Shown: positions 63,060 through 64,000 of the stretch, one piece after another | Layout of the letters: each line of letters begins with the position of its first letter | How positions within the stretch are numbered: the first letter of the stretch is position 1 | Assembly: GCA_965243105.1 (NCBI GenBank) | Contig: CBDEUC010000003.1 | Location: forward strand, 769,217-833,216 | Reading direction: 5' to 3' | Length of the DNA stretch: 64,000 bases | Source: Gammaproteobacteria bacterium | GTDB lineage: Bacteria; Pseudomonadota; Gammaproteobacteria; Eutrophobiales; Eutrophobiaceae | Program-made: the position numbers and the translations under genes | The notes under the pieces: model-generated | What the model was told of the DNA's origin: nothing | What the model saw: only the letters and a program-made list of their open reading frames with translations | Database searches by the model: none

Positions 63060-63998
63060 TCAGGGATACAGCGAACAAACATCGTGCCCATATAACCAGG
63101 CCATGCTGGCAAAGTTACCGCCTTTAAATTCTTCCCCGGCCCCATCACTACCCACCCTGTGCTCCTTCTGCCCCTGTTCCCATGCAGCTTTCTGCACATT
63201 GGCTGTACGCTCAATGCGGGCACTTTCATAGGCTTGAAGGGCATCCGTGCTGTCATCGTAGTTTGCAGCAAAATGGGCAAAGACCCAACCATCTTCCATG
63301 GCCATTACCGCGCCCTGTGCCAGGTAGGGCACCATCGGATGCGCTGCATCGCCAAGCAGGGTTATTCGATCGCTGGACCACTTGTGCAATGGCTTTCTCC
63401 GTAAAAGCGCCCACTTGAAACATTCATTTTCTTTTGTCTGGGCAATGATTCGGCAAACCACCGGGTCCCAGCCGTCAAAGCGATTTACCAGCTCCTCTTT
63501 TTCAGCCGGACTCGTCCAAGATTCGGTTTTCCAATCTGGATCTTCAACTATGGCAACATAGTTAAGCATGGCACCTCGACGCAGGTAGTAGGCCACCATG
63601 TGTCTTCCGGGACCAGTCCATATGTTGAGATCAGGTTCCATCAGGTCACTACCCACCGACCCTGTTGTGACGAGTCCCCGGTAGGCTACGTGACCGGTAA
63701 ACTCGGCACCCGGCTCGTCATAAAGATTTGAACGTATGATGGAATGGACACCATCCGCAGCCAGCACTGTTTCAGCCTGTTGAACGCTGCCGTCCTCAAA
63801 TTCAAGTGTCACATGGTCGGGTTCCTCGGCAATGGACACCAGGCGCTTTTTCAAAGCGATTGCTTGTGGGTCCTTACCCAGTACCGCATCACTCAGGGCC
63901 CGGTGCAGGTCAGCACGATGAATGTCAACAAAAGGAGAACCGAATTCCTTCTCAAAGTCCTCGTCAAAAGGCAGGACAAAGCTTGGCTCACCGCTTTG
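63060..63998 (-). CDS. FAD-dependent monooxygenase (salicylate 1-/3-hydroxybenzoate 6-hydroxylase-like), 5' end outside the window
   Basis: Frame open to the window edge ('FGSPFVDIHRADLHRAL'); 'AADGVHS..R', 'VAYRG', 'TLLGDAAHPMVPYLAQGAVMAMEDG', 'YESARIERT'. Confidence 0.88.
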   Translation of the reverse strand, partial: QSGEPSFVLPFDEDFEKEFGSPFVDIHRADLHRALSDAVLGKDPQAIALKKRLVSIAEEPDHVTLEFEDGSVQQAETVLAADGVHSIIRSNLYDEPGAEFTGHVAYRGLVTTGSVGSDLMEPDLNIWTGPGRHMVAYYLRRGAMLNYVAIVEDPDWKTESWTSPAEKEELVNRFDGWDPVVCRIIAQTKENECFKWALLRRKPLHKWSSDRITLLGDAAHPMVPYLAQGAVMAMEDGWVFAHFAANYDDSTDALQAYESARIERTANVQKAAWEQGQKEHRVGSDGAGEEFKGGNFASMAWLYGHDVCSLYP

Positions 63999-64000
63999 AT

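Noticed and set aside
1-64000. Numerous 60-210 aa ORFs antisense or off-frame to the called genes; island mobility genes
   Set aside because: Shadow ORFs lack motifs and overlap well-supported genes. No integrase, transposase, flanking direct repeat or tRNA site was seen, so recent horizontal transfer is not supported from this window.

Overview
64 kb of gene-dense, moderately GC-rich bacterial DNA that reads as proteobacterial (TonB-dependent receptors, sigma54/XylR-type control, GTAG-type REPs); the taxon cannot be fixed from sequence alone. No rRNA, tRNA, CRISPR array, transposase or phage gene was seen. The left part (1-25 kb) is a patchwork of accessory metabolism: two TonB receptors, a DAO-family oxidoreductase, an amidase, two single-barrel MetE-like proteins, an orphan tupA behind an alginate-export-type porin, a LysR/beta-carbonic anhydrase/SulP module, an acetylene-hydratase-subfamily Mo/W enzyme, DUF3604 and an acyl-CoA dehydrogenase. 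The right part (25-64 kb) is an aromatic catabolic island. It carries a sigma54/DmpR-driven multicomponent phenol hydroxylase (dmpKLMNOP-Q-B), a split meta-cleavage pathway (dmpC,E,F,G,H; dmpD separate; no dmpI seen), and a YCF48/RND/DUF1302/DUF1329 envelope module. In the same co-directional run lie a catabolic B12-dependent reductive dehalogenase of the NpRdhA/BhbA type and three different glutathione-fold enzymes. An orphan CarAa-like angular dioxygenase, a TauD/TfdA dioxygenase, an esterase, a hydroxyquinol 1,2-dioxygenase and a flavin monooxygenase surround it. A perfect 16-bp palindrome (AAAATATCGATATTTT) at three promoters ties these modules into one probable GntR regulon. Best candidate for an undescribed system (inference): an aerobic halophenol/halogenated diaryl degradation pathway coupling reductive dehalogenation to phenol hydroxylation and meta-cleavage. 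Family assignments rest on motifs and remembered reference sequences, not on database searches.
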